Origin: Octopus bimaculoides
Lineage: Eukaryota
Reading direction: 5' to 3'
Length of the DNA stretch: 56,865 nt
Assembly (NCBI RefSeq): GCF_001194135.2
Contig: NC_068982.1
Span: forward strand, 66,778,118-66,834,982
Position 1 is the first letter of the stretch, and every line of letters begins with the position of its first letter. Of this stretch, positions 54,243-56,865 are shown piece by piece. A program made the position numbers and the translations under genes. The notes under the pieces were generated by a model. That model searched no databases. It worked only from the letters and a program-made list of their open reading frames with translations, and was not told the DNA's origin.

Positions 54243-54712
54243 NNNNNNNNNNNNNNNNNNNNNNNNNNNNNNNNNNNNNNNNNNNNNNNNNNNNNNNNNN
54301 NNNNNNNNNNNNNNNNNNNNNNNNNNNNNNNNNNNNNNNNNNNNNNNNNNNNNNNNNNNNNNNNNNNNNNNNNNNNNNNNNNNNNNNNNNNNNNNNNNNN
54401 NNNNNNNNNNNNNNNNNNNNNNNNNNNNNNNNNNNNNNNNNNNNNNNNNNNNNNNNNNNNNNNNNNNNNNNNNNNNNNNNNNNNNNNNNNNNNNNNNNNN
54501 NNNNNNNNNNNNNNNNNNNNNNNNNNNNNNNNNNNNNNNNNNNNNNNNNNNNNNNNNNNNNNNNNNNNNNNNNNNNNNNNNNNNNNNNNNNNNNNNNNNN
54601 NNNNNNNNNNNNNNNNNNNNNNNNNNNNNNNNNNNNNNNNNNNNNNNNNNNNNNNNNNNNNNNNNNNNNNNNNNNNNNNNNNNNNNNNNNNNNNNNNNNN
54701 NNNNNNNNNNNN
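54243..54712. other. Assembly gap (largest of eight N runs; others near 9640, 30934-31076, 31627-31672, 32507-32538, 33472-33481, 33988-34249, 55893-56121)
   Basis: Runs of n, mostly adjacent to microsatellites. Confidence 0.99.
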
Positions 54713-54999
54713 TACAGATAGCTTCCTAAGGTTTGGAGTCTTCCTTCACAGGGGTTGACAAATGAAAAAGTAAGGCTTATGTTTATAGTTTTAGCCAAAG
54801 TTTACTTTTGCCTTCATGTTATCCATAGACAAAAATGGTTACAAATATTTTAAAAAGAAAACACTCATGTTTTAGCATCATTTAAATATGAGTGGAAATG
54901 TTGTCAACAGTAACTTCACAACAAACTACTTCAAATGATATATGAATCTGCAATCCTTTGCAGATGTTCTTTTTTTTTTAAAAAAAAAACACCTCCATA

Positions 55000-55880
55000 T
55001 GGAACATTTTACTGAAAGAATGAAAGCTTGACAGCAGCATGTTCACGAGACAAGTACCCGCTTACTACAATCTATCACTGAGACCCACAAGAGGAGGAAG
55101 GTAACTTGTGCTTTGTTAAGGTCACAGAAGCTTTCTTCATTCCATCTAAGGAAGACCTAGAATTAGCCCAGGGAGATATTTTAAGTGAAAAATTCTTTAT
55201 TAGGAGGAGGGCATGTAGTACCATGTGTTATCTTTAAAAGAGAACACAATGAAAGTACAAGCTCAAATTGTAGATGGCAACCTGCCTACAAGCTGGTCCC
55301 AGAGTACTGAGGAACACAAGGGTCATCACAGAGGACATAAGCGATGATGATATTGATCCCTGGATGGCAGTTACCTTTGTAGTACAACATGGGCATGTGG
55401 TCAGTGAATATATAACTTTTGGTGATATAGTGATATGTTGCCAGGTGACATGGATCTCATGACGTAACTAGACCATAAAACAGTACCAGGACTGTGTCTT
55501 GTAGAGGGAGTGGTAAAGGAGATAAAATTCTGCATCCAAGGTTTACAGTCTAGTTGCTACATACGGTAATAAAAGCTATTTAAGGGATTTCTGCACAGAA
55601 GCTTAAGATTATAAAAGCAACAAGAGGTTACATGTCTTAAAGTGAAATCAGACACAACTTGTAAGTTAGTAAATAACAGTGCCCCATCCTTATTGCCAGG
55701 AGAGAACCATGAGACCTAATAATCACCTTGCCTAATCACAACTGGTGAAGACAAAGAGAGTCCCCCAACACCAGCATCAACAGCAAGTAACAGGAAGCAT
55801 CACCCACTTATGAGGATGGAGACTAATCAGAGATTGAAGAGGATAGGCTGACTTCTTTGGTAAAACAACAAAAAATTCTT
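55000..55880 (+). mobile_element. Possible degenerate LINE ORF1 (gag-like) with a zinc-knuckle remnant
   Basis: GC-richer, stop-ridden coding-like tract. Restoring a 2-nt deletion near 55560 gives CYICGNKSYLRDFC (CX2CX4(H>Y)X4C). Confidence 0.35.
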
Positions 55881-56865
55881 TCCTCTTGCCTCNNNNNNNN
55901 NNNNNNNNNNNNNNNNNNNNNNNNNNNNNNNNNNNNNNNNNNNNNNNNNNNNNNNNNNNNNNNNNNNNNNNNNNNNNNNNNNNNNNNNNNNNNNNNNNNN
56001 NNNNNNNNNNNNNNNNNNNNNNNNNNNNNNNNNNNNNNNNNNNNNNNNNNNNNNNNNNNNNNNNNNNNNNNNNNNNNNNNNNNNNNNNNNNNNNNNNNNN
56101 NNNNNNNNNNNNNNNNNNNNNTGAATGAAAGAAAATTCACAGCCCTTTATGAAACAAAGATCTTATAGGTCACTTATAGGAAATACACTAGAGATTTCTG
56201 AGTGAAATATGGACTGAGAAGAAAATGAGCTCATTTTTGCATCCACATGAAAAGAACATTACAACAAATCTCAAACAGACAATATGTGGTATTATTTGTC
56301 AGCTTTTCAGTGTAATCCAAGAATTTGACAAGATCTGATGGGCCTAAGGACTGTATTGTGTTTCACTGCCTGCTATGGCATGGTTTCTATAGCTGGACAC
56401 CCTTCATAATACGCATCACATTACACAGTATACCTTTACATGTATATATTTGTTTTTAATGTCCAACTTCCCATGCTCGCATGAGTCAAATGAAATTTGG
56501 TGAGGTAGATGCTTTATGGCCAACTGTCACCTTTTTCCGAGCAAAGTAATATTTCCTCTTGTTCTTCTCTAGTTCTTCAAATAGGAACAGCTCAATGGTC
56601 ACACATGTTTTCATGGAAGATTTCAGACAAATGTCATTGTTTTCATATGAATTATGACTTTGCTTACAATCAGTATACATACCAAGACCAGAAAACAAAG
56701 AAATATACACATGCAAGTACACACACACACACACACACACACAAATGACAAGATTCAAACAGCTTCCATCTACCTGATTCACTCATAAAGCATTGATTTG
56801 TCTCAGGCTAAAATAGTAGTAGCAGCAGCAGTTGAGTGTGTATGTGGGGGGGGGGTATATGTGTG

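Overview
AT-rich, microsatellite-dense eukaryotic genomic DNA with eight N-gaps. It is most likely an octopod cephalopod, inferred from the tRNA-derived SINE families and the microsatellite load; this was not checked by any database search. One host gene is supported on the minus strand: five phase-compatible exons (42546-42650, 40051-42366, 39944-39993, 39657-39696, 20041-20334) encoding a long Ser/Thr-rich protein of unknown family that ends in -DEFVV. The rest is mostly transposon debris: a full-length but dead DD34D mariner, a Tc1, a DD37D/maT remnant, TTAA (piggyBac-type) MITEs, RTE, R4/Dong and HERO LINE fragments, and at least five SINE-like families. The most unusual signal is a set of long inverted-repeat elements (12459-13035, 17238-17577, 31714-32388, 32750-33409, plus a truncated relative at 13501-13720). 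They belong to at least three sequence families. Each carries outward-facing type I hammerhead ribozyme motifs (CUGAGGA...GAAA...GUA) with a tiny, usually palindromic stem III as in Penelope-type hammerheads, but with a 58-77 nt helix II domain. All alignments and translations were done by eye; ribozyme activity is not shown.
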